A DNA stretch of 64,000 nucleotides from Candidatus Heimdallarchaeota archaeon (lineage in GTDB: Archaea; Asgardarchaeota; Heimdallarchaeia; Heimdallarchaeales; Heimdallarchaeaceae), in contig DAOVER010000004.1 of assembly GCA_030668875.1 (NCBI GenBank), positions 15,626-79,625 on the forward strand, read 5' to 3'. Position 1 is the stretch's first letter. The number at the start of each line of letters is the position of its first letter. Shown in pieces: positions 19,501 to 28,759 of the stretch. The notes beneath the pieces are model-generated. The model was not told where the DNA came from and ran no database searches. It saw only the letters and a program-made list of their open reading frames with translations. A program made the translations under genes and the position numbers.

Positions 19501-19600
19501 TGTAATTCTTTCTCCAGTATAGGATAATAAATCTTGTTTAATTTGTCTAAAAACAAGCTTATATTTTTTTCTAATTCCCAAAAAGCTAAACAACACGTGC

Positions 19601-20080
19601 TTATTCCATATTGTTGAGATGTGTAGAAATTACTGATTTTGAAATATATATCTGTGAACCTGCGACTAAGGAAAGTAAAGTGGCATGACTTGGTATCATC
19701 TGAAATCTCTGAATTTCGTTAAATCCCTCTAAACGAATTTCTATAGAAGCTTGATAAGCTGTAGAATATGGAACGATGGAATCAATGATCACTCGTTCTA
19801 CAACACACAATTCTGGAATCAGTTCAGCAGCAGTCAATCTTGAATCCGCACTTTCAACACCATCTAGTTTCTTTGCGATTTCTATAGCTATAGAAACTGG
19901 TATATTTGTCATAAGAAAATTCTCTCCATTTTCCAATTCAAAATTAAGAAGCGGTATTTCTGCATAATGTTTACCTGTTGATTCTTCTTCTGATGAAAAG
20001 ATATCTGGGCTTGCTGTTAACACATCAACGCGAATTACCTTTAGTAGTTCATCATCACTTGAGGAGAGATTATCTTCCAT
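19601..20080 (-). CDS. Bifunctional-nuclease (DUF151) family protein, divergent
   Basis: IPVSIAIEIAKKLDG...SRLTAAELIPEL and YQASIEIRLEG...MIPSHATLLSLVAG...IYISKSVI align to the DUF151 pattern (EA-I, RPLTHDL, DARPSDAIALA, PIYV) with substitutions. Confidence 0.4.
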   Translation of the reverse strand: MEDNLSSSDDELLKVIRVDVLTASPDIFSSEEESTGKHYAEIPLLNFELENGENFLMTNIPVSIAIEIAKKLDGVESADSRLTAAELIPELCVVERVIIDSIVPYSTAYQASIEIRLEGFNEIQRFQMIPSHATLLSLVAGSQIYISKSVISTHLNNME

Positions 20081-20241
20081 ACATTAACGGTTCTTTTTAC
20101 CTTCAAAAACATTAACATAGTCTCCATGGTCACACTAGACGAGAAAGGATACTTAAGGAAAACAATTTAACGCCAGCTTCTAGACTGTATTCAAAGATAT
20201 GATGAGATATTGTTTGTGATCATCTTTGAGCAGTTGATAAA

Positions 20242-20898
20242 ATGAATAAAAGAAAAATATCACCTAAACAACAGGAGACAGATAGGATTCAATCAATTTT
20301 AAAAATGTCTGTTACTGCAGCTCTTGCTAGTTTGGGTATCATTTTGTCTGCAATTGTTATCTTCTTTCCCAACATCGAGTTTATCTCTGTTTCAATTTTT
20401 CTTATAGCTTTACTATTTGGAATTGAGTATGGTTTTCTAGCAGCAATATCTATAGCTGTAGTTTACGAGTTTTTAGTGATTCCAATTTATGGTTCTGGAG
20501 GATTCCTTATACTCTTCAAACTTCTCTGTTATATTGCCCTCGCCATAGTGGCTGGTTTGGGAAAGAAATTATTCGTAAAACTTTCTTTTTGGGAATTAGG
20601 TGTTTTTGGAGCAACTTTTGCTTTATTCTATGATGTGATTACAACTCTTTTCGGTCAGATTATTGTTCTTCAACAAAGTGTGACTCCAACTTATCTGATT
20701 AGTCTTCTTATTTGGGGTATACCTTTCACTCTATCTCATATGATTGGCAATTTTATTCTGTTTAGTTTGACTAAAACTCTAATTAACTGGGTAGTTGCTG
20801 CTTTTCGATTTAGAGGGATAAAACTTTTGATGCTTCCACAGTTATCAGATTCAAGTGAGAATGTTAAAACAAATAATGTCAAAGGAGACGTTGTATGA
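20242..20898 (+). CDS. Polytopic membrane protein, ECF-transporter S-component-like
   Basis: About six TM helices, 218 aa; translationally coupled to the downstream DUF4430 gene. Confidence 0.4.
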   Translation: MNKRKISPKQQETDRIQSILKMSVTAALASLGIILSAIVIFFPNIEFISVSIFLIALLFGIEYGFLAAISIAVVYEFLVIPIYGSGGFLILFKLLCYIALAIVAGLGKKLFVKLSFWELGVFGATFALFYDVITTLFGQIIVLQQSVTPTYLISLLIWGIPFTLSHMIGNFILFSLTKTLINWVVAAFRFRGIKLLMLPQLSDSSENVKTNNVKGDVV

Positions 20899-21314
20899 AA
20901 AAGTCTAAAACGTTTTTTTTGGTTATTGGTGTTCTTCTTTTAGCTATAATATCTTCTGCATTAACGTATTATATTATTTACACTTCAAACCCCTCGTCTA
21001 ACGGTGATATATCTGTGACAGTTATCATAAACTATGGCACTTTGATTGAAGATAATCAAGAAGAACATAACCTGACGTTGACAGAAGGCATAACGGCATT
21101 ATACGCTTTTTCACAAGTGGCTAATCTTGAGTTAGTCAACTACGCATTTGGAGTGTATGTTGTTGGAGTCAATGGTTATATGGAACAATTTCCTGACTAT
21201 TGGTCCTTCTATTATTACGATTCCAGCTCTGAGTTGTGGGTATATTCTGAAGTAGGCGTGGACAATTATTACCTTGAAGATGGAAATAAGATTAAACTTG
21301 AGTACACGGGATAA
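20895..21314 (+). CDS. Secreted DUF4430 (transcobalamin-like) domain protein
   Basis: Signal peptide; GITALYAFSQVANLELVNYAFGVYVVGVNGYMEQFPDYWSFYYYDSSSELWVYSEVGVDNYYLEDGNKIKLEY matches the DUF4430 consensus. Confidence 0.6.
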   Translation: MKKSKTFFLVIGVLLLAIISSALTYYIIYTSNPSSNGDISVTVIINYGTLIEDNQEEHNLTLTEGITALYAFSQVANLELVNYAFGVYVVGVNGYMEQFPDYWSFYYYDSSSELWVYSEVGVDNYYLEDGNKIKLEYTG

Positions 21315-21337
21315 ATCAAAAAACAATAAAAATTAAG

Positions 21338-22258
21338 GTGATTGGTCAAATGAGTTTGAATGAAAAAACATCATTTCGTTTTCTTCTAATGACATATCAA
21401 ACCAACCGTTCTCTTCTTCTAGTGCTGTTTCCATTTCTGATAATTAGCAATATAGTGGGGTGGATTTACAAATATTATGAGATTATAACCATTGACCTAT
21501 CGTTTTTTGTAGGAGGAGAGGGGGGCGTTTCATTCCAGATCATAGATGGAATAATTTTCGTTTCAGTGGCTGTAATAGGTAGTGTACTCATCGTGTTAAC
21601 GCTAAAATACAATTTAGAACGATTTTTGACAATACTTTTTTCAATAGGATTATTTCTTTCTCCTATCAGCATTCTGTGGCTTCATGGGTATTTGATTGAC
21701 TTTTATTTACAAAATGGTCAATATTGGTTTGAAATATCATTTACTTTGGTTGGATTAATAACGGGGATTCTTACTTTATTGGTATTTGTGTTTAACAAGG
21801 GAAATAAATATTCTCGAAATTTCTTGGTTGTTTTTCTGGGCATTGTTCTGGGTTCTGTGTTTGGATTATTACTATCCTTGGCTACATTTCTGACATTGAT
21901 TACACTAATTTCCATATTTGACATTTACTCAGTTTTCAAAGGACCAATAAATAAGATGTTTCAGAAAGCAAATGTGCCCTATAGACCGATTCGCAATCCT
22001 CTTGTGAAAAAGGAAACCGCTATAGGCATTGGTGATTTTATCTTCTACTCTTCACTTGTTACATTTGCTGCAACAAATTTTGGATTAACAATAGGTTTTG
22101 TTTCTATAGCTGGTTTATTACTTGGAGTAGTTTTTACTGAGCGACTTTTGATGAGGTTTGGAAAATTTCCGGGATTACCTTTGCCAATTTTTCTATCTCT
22201 CGCATTCTTAGGTTTTGGATGGTTGATATCAAATTATATTTCATCTTTTATCACTTGA
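21338..22258 (+). CDS. Presenilin/signal-peptide-peptidase homolog (A22 intramembrane aspartyl protease)
   Basis: Multi-TM protein with FDIYSVF (YD motif), IGIGDFIFYS (GxGD motif) and a PGLPLP PAL-like motif, in the expected order. Confidence 0.6.
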   Translation: MIGQMSLNEKTSFRFLLMTYQTNRSLLLVLFPFLIISNIVGWIYKYYEIITIDLSFFVGGEGGVSFQIIDGIIFVSVAVIGSVLIVLTLKYNLERFLTILFSIGLFLSPISILWLHGYLIDFYLQNGQYWFEISFTLVGLITGILTLLVFVFNKGNKYSRNFLVVFLGIVLGSVFGLLLSLATFLTLITLISIFDIYSVFKGPINKMFQKANVPYRPIRNPLVKKETAIGIGDFIFYSSLVTFAATNFGLTIGFVSIAGLLLGVVFTERLLMRFGKFPGLPLPIFLSLAFLGFGWLISNYISSFIT

Positions 22259-22343
22259 TGTTATTTGAAGTTAAATAATTTGTAGTAACAAAAATCAAAA
22301 GGTTTAAAATGAGTACTGAAGGAAATTAGCTCGGTCGAAAAAC

Positions 22344-22757
22344 ATGTCTTCACGCAAGTTTAGATACAGAGGATTTACTATAGAAGAATTGAAACAGAAA
22401 AGTATGGATGAGATACTAGAATTATTACCCGCAAGAAGAAGAAGGAATCTATCTCGTCAAGAATTCTGGACACCAAGAAGAAAGAAGCTATTAGAAGACA
22501 TTAGAAGAGCTATGGAAGTTCAAGAAAAAGACGACAAAATTGTTGTAAGAACACATGTAAGAGACATGACTGTCTTACCAGAGATGGTTGGAGCAACAGT
22601 TGCGATTTACAATGGGAAGGAATACATAGAAATTCTAATTCAACCACAAATGATAGGACACGTATTTGGAGAGTTTAGTCCGACCACAAAAAAAGTAAAT
22701 CATGGCTCACCTGGAATAGGGGCAACAAGATCATCATTATATGTTCCACTTAAATAA
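22344..22757 (+). CDS. rps19p: 30S ribosomal protein uS19 (S19p/S15e)
   Basis: KFRYRGFTIEEL...LPARRRR...VRTHVRDMTVLPEMVG...GHVFGEF...GSPGIGATRSS matches the uS19 family end to end. Confidence 0.9.
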   Translation: MSSRKFRYRGFTIEELKQKSMDEILELLPARRRRNLSRQEFWTPRRKKLLEDIRRAMEVQEKDDKIVVRTHVRDMTVLPEMVGATVAIYNGKEYIEILIQPQMIGHVFGEFSPTTKKVNHGSPGIGATRSSLYVPLK

Positions 22758-22809
22758 CTTCTTTCTTTTCAACTGAAATTTTATAATATACCTTGTTTGT
22801 TTCTATCTT

Positions 22810-23196
22810 ATGAGTACTCCTCCTGAAGAAAATCATTTTTTAAAACCAGAAGAAACTAAAGCTTTTCAGAGACTAGAAAAAAATTTCACTATTGATTTAC
22901 TTTGGATTTGGGTATTAAGGCTGCTGAGGGATGGACCAAAGTATGCTTATGAACTGCGTCAAACAATAGAAACTAAATTCGGTTTTAGTCCTGCAACAGT
23001 AACAAACTATACTATTCTTTACTTACTTGAACGAGAAGGTGTTGTAGAAAAAGTTGAGAAGAGAAATTCTTATGAACGGATTGATCGTAAATATTATGCT
23101 ATAACTGATTTAGGCGAAAAATTAATGGATAATGCGGAAATTTACTTGCGTACAACTGTCGATAAACTCTTTCCAAAAAGTGCTTCCAAGAAGTAA
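22810..23196 (+). CDS. PadR-family transcriptional regulator
   Basis: Winged-helix signature LLWIWVLRLLRDGPKYAYELRQTIETKFGFSPATVTNYTILYLLEREGVV. Confidence 0.75.
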   Translation: MSTPPEENHFLKPEETKAFQRLEKNFTIDLLWIWVLRLLRDGPKYAYELRQTIETKFGFSPATVTNYTILYLLEREGVVEKVEKRNSYERIDRKYYAITDLGEKLMDNAEIYLRTTVDKLFPKSASKK

Positions 23197-23282
23197 TTCT
23201 ATACTTGCTCATTTTTCAACATATTTAAAAGTTGATACAAAAAACAGTTCATAGGTTATTATTATGAAGGTGTTGATTTAAC

Positions 23283-23555
23283 ATGCCTAAGAAAAGAAAA
23301 TCAGGGGGAAGGTCTGGAGGTAAAAGAGGACGTGCCTCCACTAAGACTTGTGCTGGTTGTGGTGCTAAAATCCCGACTGATAAGGCAAAGAAATATACTG
23401 TTTATAGCAGTGCAGTTGACTTTAGGTTAGGTAGAGAACTTCGACAAGAAGGTACTTATATCCCTCGTCAGCAAAAAATTGTTTACTATTGTGTTTCTTG
23501 TGCTGTTCACAAGGGACGAACAAATATCAGAGCAAAAAAAGAGAGACGTGGTTAA
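23283..23555 (+). CDS. rps26e: 30S ribosomal protein eS26
   Basis: Lys/Arg-rich N-terminus, the CxxC...CxxC zinc ribbon (CAGCGAK...CVSCAVHK) and the YIPR motif. Confidence 0.85.
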   Translation: MPKKRKSGGRSGGKRGRASTKTCAGCGAKIPTDKAKKYTVYSSAVDFRLGRELRQEGTYIPRQQKIVYYCVSCAVHKGRTNIRAKKERRG

Positions 23556-23599
23556 TCTATATCCACCTCTTCATTCTTTTCAACTTCAGAGGTATAAAA

Positions 23600-24181
23600 A
23601 TGAATTTTTTTTTCTTAATATCTTCCTCAACGATTAGGACATCAATTCCCAAAAAGATTAAATCTGTGGTAGGTGGGCAAGAAAGAGTTGATGTTTTTTC
23701 AAGAATTTTACTCAACCTTTGTCGTTGGAAAAATAGGTATAATGCTAAATTTGTAGTCGTTTTTTACTTATCACATCCTGAGGAGAATTTTACTTTCACA
23801 ATCCCTTTAAATCTTATATCACCTCCTATAGAGAATGAGTTAGAAGCTACTGAATTTATGGTAAACTTGCTAAACTCTCCAGATAAACTAGGGATTAATA
23901 TAGAGAAACAATATTTTTTCTCTTTACTAAGCAGCTTAGCTTCAGATTGTGATTTCTTCTATCTTACTTCTTCTGGTAAAGATATCTCAAAATTAGATGA
24001 GGATTCTATGAAATCAAACAATTTGTGCTTCATTTTAGGTAGCCAAATGGATTTAACTGATACTCAAGAAGAAAATCTAAACAAGTTTGATCCCACATTA
24101 ATTAGTGTAGGAGATAAGGAATACCTAGCATCTCATGTTGTATCTATCATTAATCACTATCTATTCACTAAATTCCAGTAA
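23600..24181 (+). CDS. trmY: tRNA (pseudouridine54-N1)-methyltransferase TrmY-like SPOUT protein
   Basis: Region-by-region similarity to archaeal TrmY/DUF358 (RVDVFSRILLNLCRW, VVVFYLSHP; C-terminal LISVGDKEYLASHVVSIINHYL knot region). Start at 23600 with a GAGGT SD, so the ORF-track extension overlapping eS26 is rejected. Confidence 0.55.
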   Translation: MNFFFLISSSTIRTSIPKKIKSVVGGQERVDVFSRILLNLCRWKNRYNAKFVVVFYLSHPEENFTFTIPLNLISPPIENELEATEFMVNLLNSPDKLGINIEKQYFFSLLSSLASDCDFFYLTSSGKDISKLDEDSMKSNNLCFILGSQMDLTDTQEENLNKFDPTLISVGDKEYLASHVVSIINHYLFTKFQ

Positions 24182-24230
24182 ACATGAAGATTACTAAAAC
24201 TTTAATTCTTTCAGAGGAGTGATTAATATA

Positions 24231-24482
24231 ATGACTAACAATGATAAGAAACCTAAGAAAAAACTCGATAGTTCAGTCATTTCTAAGAAGATGTTAGCTG
24301 TTGCTTTTACAGCGCCTTTTGTCCTTAGCATAAGTTTTATTGCAATTGCATACTTTGCAACACTAAATGCAACTGATATAATACAAACAATCTCTCTCGT
24401 TGTAGCAACATTTCTAGGCCTTGGACTTTCAATAGGAATTATCTTTTTTATGCAGAAAAGAATCAATAAAAAAATTAATTGA
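24231..24482 (+). CDS. Small two-TM membrane protein (83 aa), uncertain
   Basis: GGAGG SD 12 nt upstream of the ATG; two hydrophobic helices. A competing antisense ORF (24194-24502, minus strand) lacks an SD. Confidence 0.3.
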   Translation: MTNNDKKPKKKLDSSVISKKMLAVAFTAPFVLSISFIAIAYFATLNATDIIQTISLVVATFLGLGLSIGIIFFMQKRINKKIN

Positions 24483-24618
24483 ATCGGAAGAAGAAACAAC
24501 ATAATCCTTCCTGCTTTACAACTTAAATTTTTCCTCTTTCTAGATTCTTTCTGTTAAATCATAAATTTTTTAAAACTGGATTGTATAGCTCGAAATAGAA
24601 ATCTACGAAGGGATTTTA

Positions 24619-25944
24619 ATGAAATTCAAAAAGAGACAAATTTTGATAATGGGAGCCGCTGGTAGAGACTTTCATAACTTCAATACATATTATCGTGATA
24701 ATGAAAATTATGAAGTAGTAGCGTTCACCGCGACTCAAATTCCTGATATAGTAGACAGGAAGTATCCTAAAGAGTTATCGGGACCACTATACCCGGAAGG
24801 AATAAGAATTTTTGATGAATCTGAATTGCCAAGACTCATCAAAGAATTGGAAGTTGATGAAGTAGTTTTTTCCTATTCAGATGTACCTCATGAATTTGTT
24901 ATGCACAAAGCCTCTCTAGTTAATGCTTTAGGCCCAGCTTTTTCATTACTAGGAACAAAGGGGACCATGGTTAAAAGCACAAAACCACTAATTAGTGTAT
25001 GTGCAGTAAGAACAGGAAGCGGGAAATCACAAACTTCCAGAAAAATATTACAGCTAATAACCGAGGCTGGTAAGAAGATAGTCGCTATCAGACATCCTAT
25101 GCCTTATGGAGATCTAGCAAAACAAGCCGTACAACGATTTGCTGACTATTCTGATTTGGATAAACATGAAACAACAATAGAAGAGAGAGAAGAGTATGAA
25201 CCTTATATCGATAAGGGTTTAGTAATTTACTCAGGTGTTGATTATGAAGCCATTCTTAGAGAAGCAGAGAAAGAAGCAGATATTATTCTATGGGATGGTG
25301 GAAATAACGATTTTCCATTCTATGAATCTGATTTGCAAATTGTAGTTGCTGATCCTCACAGAGTAGGACACGAACTTACTTACCATCCTGGTGAAACCAA
25401 TCTCAATCTAGCTGATGTAATTGTCGTCAATAAAATCACTACAACTGATTACGAAAACGTTCTTGATTTAGAAGAAAATATTCGTAAAGCTAATCCAAAT
25501 GCTGTTATTATAGAGGCTGCCTCCCCAATCTTTGTTGACAAACCAGATATGGTTAAAGGCAAAAGAGTGTTAGTGATTGAAGATGGACCTACTTTAACTC
25601 ATGGAGAAATGCAATATGGTGCTGGGGTTGTCGCTGCGCTTAGATATGGTGCTAAGGAATTAGTTGATCCCAGACCTTACTTGGTCGGTAGCATGAAAGA
25701 AACCTTTGAAAAATATCCAGATATCGGTACTTTACTCCCTGCTATGGGATATTTTGATCAACAACTGAAGGACATGGAAGAAACAATCAATAATACTGAA
25801 TGTGACGTTGTAGTTTCAGCCACCCCAATCGACATTACAAGATTGATTAAAGTTGACAAACCTATGGTTAGAGTGAAATACGAACTAGAGGAAATCGGTT
25901 TTCCAAAACTACAGGACATTCTAGAAGAGAAAGGTTTTCTCTAA
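24619..25944 (+). CDS. P-loop protein, cyclic 2,3-diphosphoglycerate synthetase-like/DUF1611-like
   Basis: Rossmann-like N-terminus (ILIMGAAGRD), then a P-loop VCAVRTGSGKSQT; 441 aa. The family assignment is tentative. Confidence 0.3.
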   Translation: MKFKKRQILIMGAAGRDFHNFNTYYRDNENYEVVAFTATQIPDIVDRKYPKELSGPLYPEGIRIFDESELPRLIKELEVDEVVFSYSDVPHEFVMHKASLVNALGPAFSLLGTKGTMVKSTKPLISVCAVRTGSGKSQTSRKILQLITEAGKKIVAIRHPMPYGDLAKQAVQRFADYSDLDKHETTIEEREEYEPYIDKGLVIYSGVDYEAILREAEKEADIILWDGGNNDFPFYESDLQIVVADPHRVGHELTYHPGETNLNLADVIVVNKITTTDYENVLDLEENIRKANPNAVIIEAASPIFVDKPDMVKGKRVLVIEDGPTLTHGEMQYGAGVVAALRYGAKELVDPRPYLVGSMKETFEKYPDIGTLLPAMGYFDQQLKDMEETINNTECDVVVSATPIDITRLIKVDKPMVRVKYELEEIGFPKLQDILEEKGFL

Positions 25945-25985
25945 ATTTTTTTTCTTTTATCTTTTCTTTTCTTTTCTTTTCTAAT
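25945..25985 (+). terminator. T-rich tract with a (TTTTC)n microsatellite after the stop codon
   Basis: TTTTTTTTCTTTTATCTTTTCTTTTCTTTTCTTTTC. Archaeal terminators are oligo-T tracts. Confidence 0.4.
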
Positions 25986-26081
25986 CATTTAAAATTTCTC
26001 CAATAGAGCATTGTATGAATTACCCACTTAAGTAACCTACTTATTCACTATCAAAACAAGTTTTTAATATTTCTTCCTCTG

Positions 26082-26903
26082 TTGAATCTGGTAGAGATGA
26101 AAGATTCAAGTTTTACTGAGGATAATATTATAGTGGAAGGTTCCGATTTATTCATAGTTTTGGATAAAAGAAAAAGATGGCTCACAAAAGCGATTTCTGG
26201 AAAACAGTTCCATTGCCACAAAGGTTTTTTTGACTATGATGAAATAATTGGAAAACCGTATGGTTCGCGTGTTACTACAAACAAATCAGCAACTCTTTCA
26301 ATTTACAAACCCTTACCTAGCGATTACTTAGCAAAACTCACCCATAGCTCGCAAATTATCTATCCTAAAGATGCGGGGATGATATTGATGAATACTGGAA
26401 TTGTTCCTGGTTCTAAGGTTATTGAGACAGGCACAGGTAGTGGAGCTTTAACATCAATTTTAGCCAATTATGTTAGAACTGATGGACATATTTTCACATA
26501 TGAGATAAGAGAAGAAGCATTTAACACTGCATCCAAAAACATTCAGCGACTAGGACTTGAATCCTATGTGACACTAAAGAATCAGGATGCTTCATTGGGG
26601 TTCGATGAAACTGATGTTGATGCAGTTGTGCTAGATTTGGGTGATCCTTGTGAAGTCATTCCTCATGCTTATACCTCTCTTAAGTACAGTGGGATTATTG
26701 CAGTTTTTCTCCCAACATATAATCAAGTGGAGAAAGTTTATACAAAATTGCGAGAATTTCATTTCGGAGAAATAACTGCTCTAGAACTCATTAAAAGAGA
26801 AATGCAATTGAAAGTCAATGCTATAAGACCAAATACAAGGATGATAGGTCATACAGGATTTTTGATTTTTGCAAGAAAATTATATTACGAGGAAGAAGAA
26901 TGA
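26082..26903 (+). CDS. trmI: tRNA (adenine57/58-N1)-methyltransferase TrmI (Gcd14 family)
   Basis: N-terminal Gcd14 beta domain (GKQFHCHKGFFDYDEIIGKPYGSRV); SAM-binding VIETGTGSGALT; ILDLGDP motif. Confidence 0.8.
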   Translation: MNLVEMKDSSFTEDNIIVEGSDLFIVLDKRKRWLTKAISGKQFHCHKGFFDYDEIIGKPYGSRVTTNKSATLSIYKPLPSDYLAKLTHSSQIIYPKDAGMILMNTGIVPGSKVIETGTGSGALTSILANYVRTDGHIFTYEIREEAFNTASKNIQRLGLESYVTLKNQDASLGFDETDVDAVVLDLGDPCEVIPHAYTSLKYSGIIAVFLPTYNQVEKVYTKLREFHFGEITALELIKREMQLKVNAIRPNTRMIGHTGFLIFARKLYYEEEE

Positions 26904-27370
26904 CAATTATTTTCCGATGTAGTAATTGTGAGACAATTAATGACATTCCAAACAATCATCAGTATAAACTATGTAAGAAGTGTGGTAAAATAGTTACTTT
27001 CGAACCAGGTGAGTCTATTATTCTAGGTGATTCAGAGGCTGAGAGTGATATTTTTTTACAAAGTGGAAAGTTATCTACTTCAGAAGCGGAAAAATTCTTT
27101 AATGTTGCTGATACCCATGTCCAACAGATTTCAGCACTAATCATGGACCTTGAGAAGAAGTCAGGGACTTTACTTGACATTCAATCAAAATCTTTACCAG
27201 ATACCATTCTATCTATTTTACGACAAAGTGAAACAAATTCTCTGGATGAACTAATTCGAAAATGTAAAATGTTTGACATTTCTTTATTTAAAATAGAACA
27301 GATACTGATTCAACTAAAAAAAGAAGGTTTTGTATATCAACCAAAAAGTTGGTTGATATTATTAGCTTAA
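26900..27370 (+). CDS. Zinc-ribbon protein (N-terminal C4 ribbon plus C-terminal helical domain)
   Basis: CSNCETIN...CKKCGK; 4-nt overlap with trmI. Confidence 0.35.
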   Translation: MTIIFRCSNCETINDIPNNHQYKLCKKCGKIVTFEPGESIILGDSEAESDIFLQSGKLSTSEAEKFFNVADTHVQQISALIMDLEKKSGTLLDIQSKSLPDTILSILRQSETNSLDELIRKCKMFDISLFKIEQILIQLKKEGFVYQPKSWLILLA

Positions 27371-27373
27371 ATT

Positions 27374-28021
27374 TTACTTATATTTTCGTTTGGCTAACTT
27401 TTCTTTCAACCAACCATACAAGATTAACCCAATAAGCGCTAATACAATAATTGTAAATGTTATCCCAATCCCTATGATTGTTCCAGAAGAATTACTACCA
27501 AGGTCTACAACTGATATAGTAATGTTTTCTACAACGAGAAAATCCATTGCTGCTGCGCCAAATTCGCTAGTTGACTCATATACATCTTCAGCTTTGAAGT
27601 AAATTGAAAGATTATATTTTGCTTCAATATTTACGACTTCAGCTACTATTGTTCCAGTAAATGTTTCACCGGCTCCAAGTGTTCTATGATTGTTATCAAA
27701 GTATATTGTGTAATTATAATCGAATTTATCATTACCATCTTGGTGCTTGAAATGAGCAGTTAGAGAAATTACATCAAGAGATAAATCACCAAAATTGGCT
27801 AATGTTGCAAAAATGTTTACATTTTCTCCTCTTACAAGATTTTCTTCTGATATTCCTCCACTAATACCTTGAATATATCCGCTTTGTTCAATTGTTGAAC
27901 TATTTTGAATATTATAGTTTATTTCTGCTTTTGTCATGTTTGCAGATGTAACCAAAGTTAACATCACTAATATTGCTAGAAAACTTATTCTCCTAAGTGG
28001 GCTTTTTTGCATTGTGATCAT
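27374..28021 (-). CDS. Secreted, membrane-anchored protein with a C-terminal TM and basic tail
   Basis: N-terminal signal peptide; N-x-S/T sequons; C-terminal ...GIGITFTIIVLALIGLILYGWLKEKLAKRKYK. Confidence 0.45.
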   Translation of the reverse strand: MITMQKSPLRRISFLAILVMLTLVTSANMTKAEINYNIQNSSTIEQSGYIQGISGGISEENLVRGENVNIFATLANFGDLSLDVISLTAHFKHQDGNDKFDYNYTIYFDNNHRTLGAGETFTGTIVAEVVNIEAKYNLSIYFKAEDVYESTSEFGAAAMDFLVVENITISVVDLGSNSSGTIIGIGITFTIIVLALIGLILYGWLKEKLAKRKYK

Positions 28022-28653
28022 CCTTCTTGAGTTAGCATTAAAGATAATTCTCTTTTTATCTTTCCTAATGCTCTATCTATCCTTTTTTCATAAGTATTAT
28101 TAATACTTATTTTTCTATCAGAAGTTTCAGCTATTAGTCCTCCCATACAGTCAATAAATTCGTTGGATAGAGTTATCTTTGACTTAATTTTGTTTTCTTT
28201 CTCAGCTTTATCAGCTATACTCGAGAGAAACTGACTTGTGAAAATTTTCTTATCTTGTTTTCTACAATAGACGATGACTACTGGTTCTTTAAGAGTTAAA
28301 ACAGCTGTCAACAAAAGATTTTCTAAGCTTTTTTTATACTCCTTGGAGTCTGCCATTGTTTTGATTTTTTCTGTAGCTTTAGCAATGAATTCATAAACTA
28401 ATTCATCGCGAAACTTTGTTAATTTCAACCTTAAATCTAATTCTTGTTTAGCTTTTTCTTTTGAAAACTCAGCTTTAGCCTTAGTTTCAGCTACTTTTAC
28501 AATTTCCTCTTTTTTTTGCTGAATTATGGTTTCAGAATCTTTGTTAATCTCATGTATCTCTTTCTGCTGACTAGCCACGATATCTTTGATTAACTTATTC
28601 GTGTTTTCACGAATTTTGTCTATGATTTCTGGGTTGAAATATTCATCACTCAT
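28018..28653 (-). CDS. A/V-type ATP synthase subunit E-like protein
   Basis: N-terminal charged coiled coil; C-terminal globular domain with CMGGLIAETSDRKISINNTYEKRIDRAL, matching the AtpE motif GGVIxxxxDGxIxVDNTFExRL. Confidence 0.5.
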   Translation of the reverse strand: MSDEYFNPEIIDKIRENTNKLIKDIVASQQKEIHEINKDSETIIQQKKEEIVKVAETKAKAEFSKEKAKQELDLRLKLTKFRDELVYEFIAKATEKIKTMADSKEYKKSLENLLLTAVLTLKEPVVIVYCRKQDKKIFTSQFLSSIADKAEKENKIKSKITLSNEFIDCMGGLIAETSDRKISINNTYEKRIDRALGKIKRELSLMLTQEG

Positions 28654-28759
28654 CTTCTAACTCTCCAAATTAAAGAGAATTTGAAAAAGTCTTGATAAGT
28701 TGAATTATAAAAGTATTGGTTTATAATTAAACCCGAATCAATACCTTATCATTCCATCA

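Noticed and set aside
19501-19596. Longer 83-aa version of the small acidic membrane protein
   Set aside because: The upstream extension (MLFSFLGIRKKYKLVFRQ...) lacks an SD, whereas the internal Met at 19500 is preceded by GGAGAAAG; the shorter form is preferred.
23489-23599. N-terminal extension of the TrmY-like ORF overlapping the 3' end of eS26
   Set aside because: The extension has no SD and overlaps eS26 in another frame. The ATG at 23600 with a GAGGT SD gives a protein that aligns to TrmY from its N-terminus.
24194-24502. 102-aa minus-strand ORF overlapping the 24231-24482 plus-strand small ORF
   Set aside because: Only one of the pair can be real. The plus-strand ORF has a GGAGG SD at the right spacing and the minus-strand one does not. 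Both remain low confidence.
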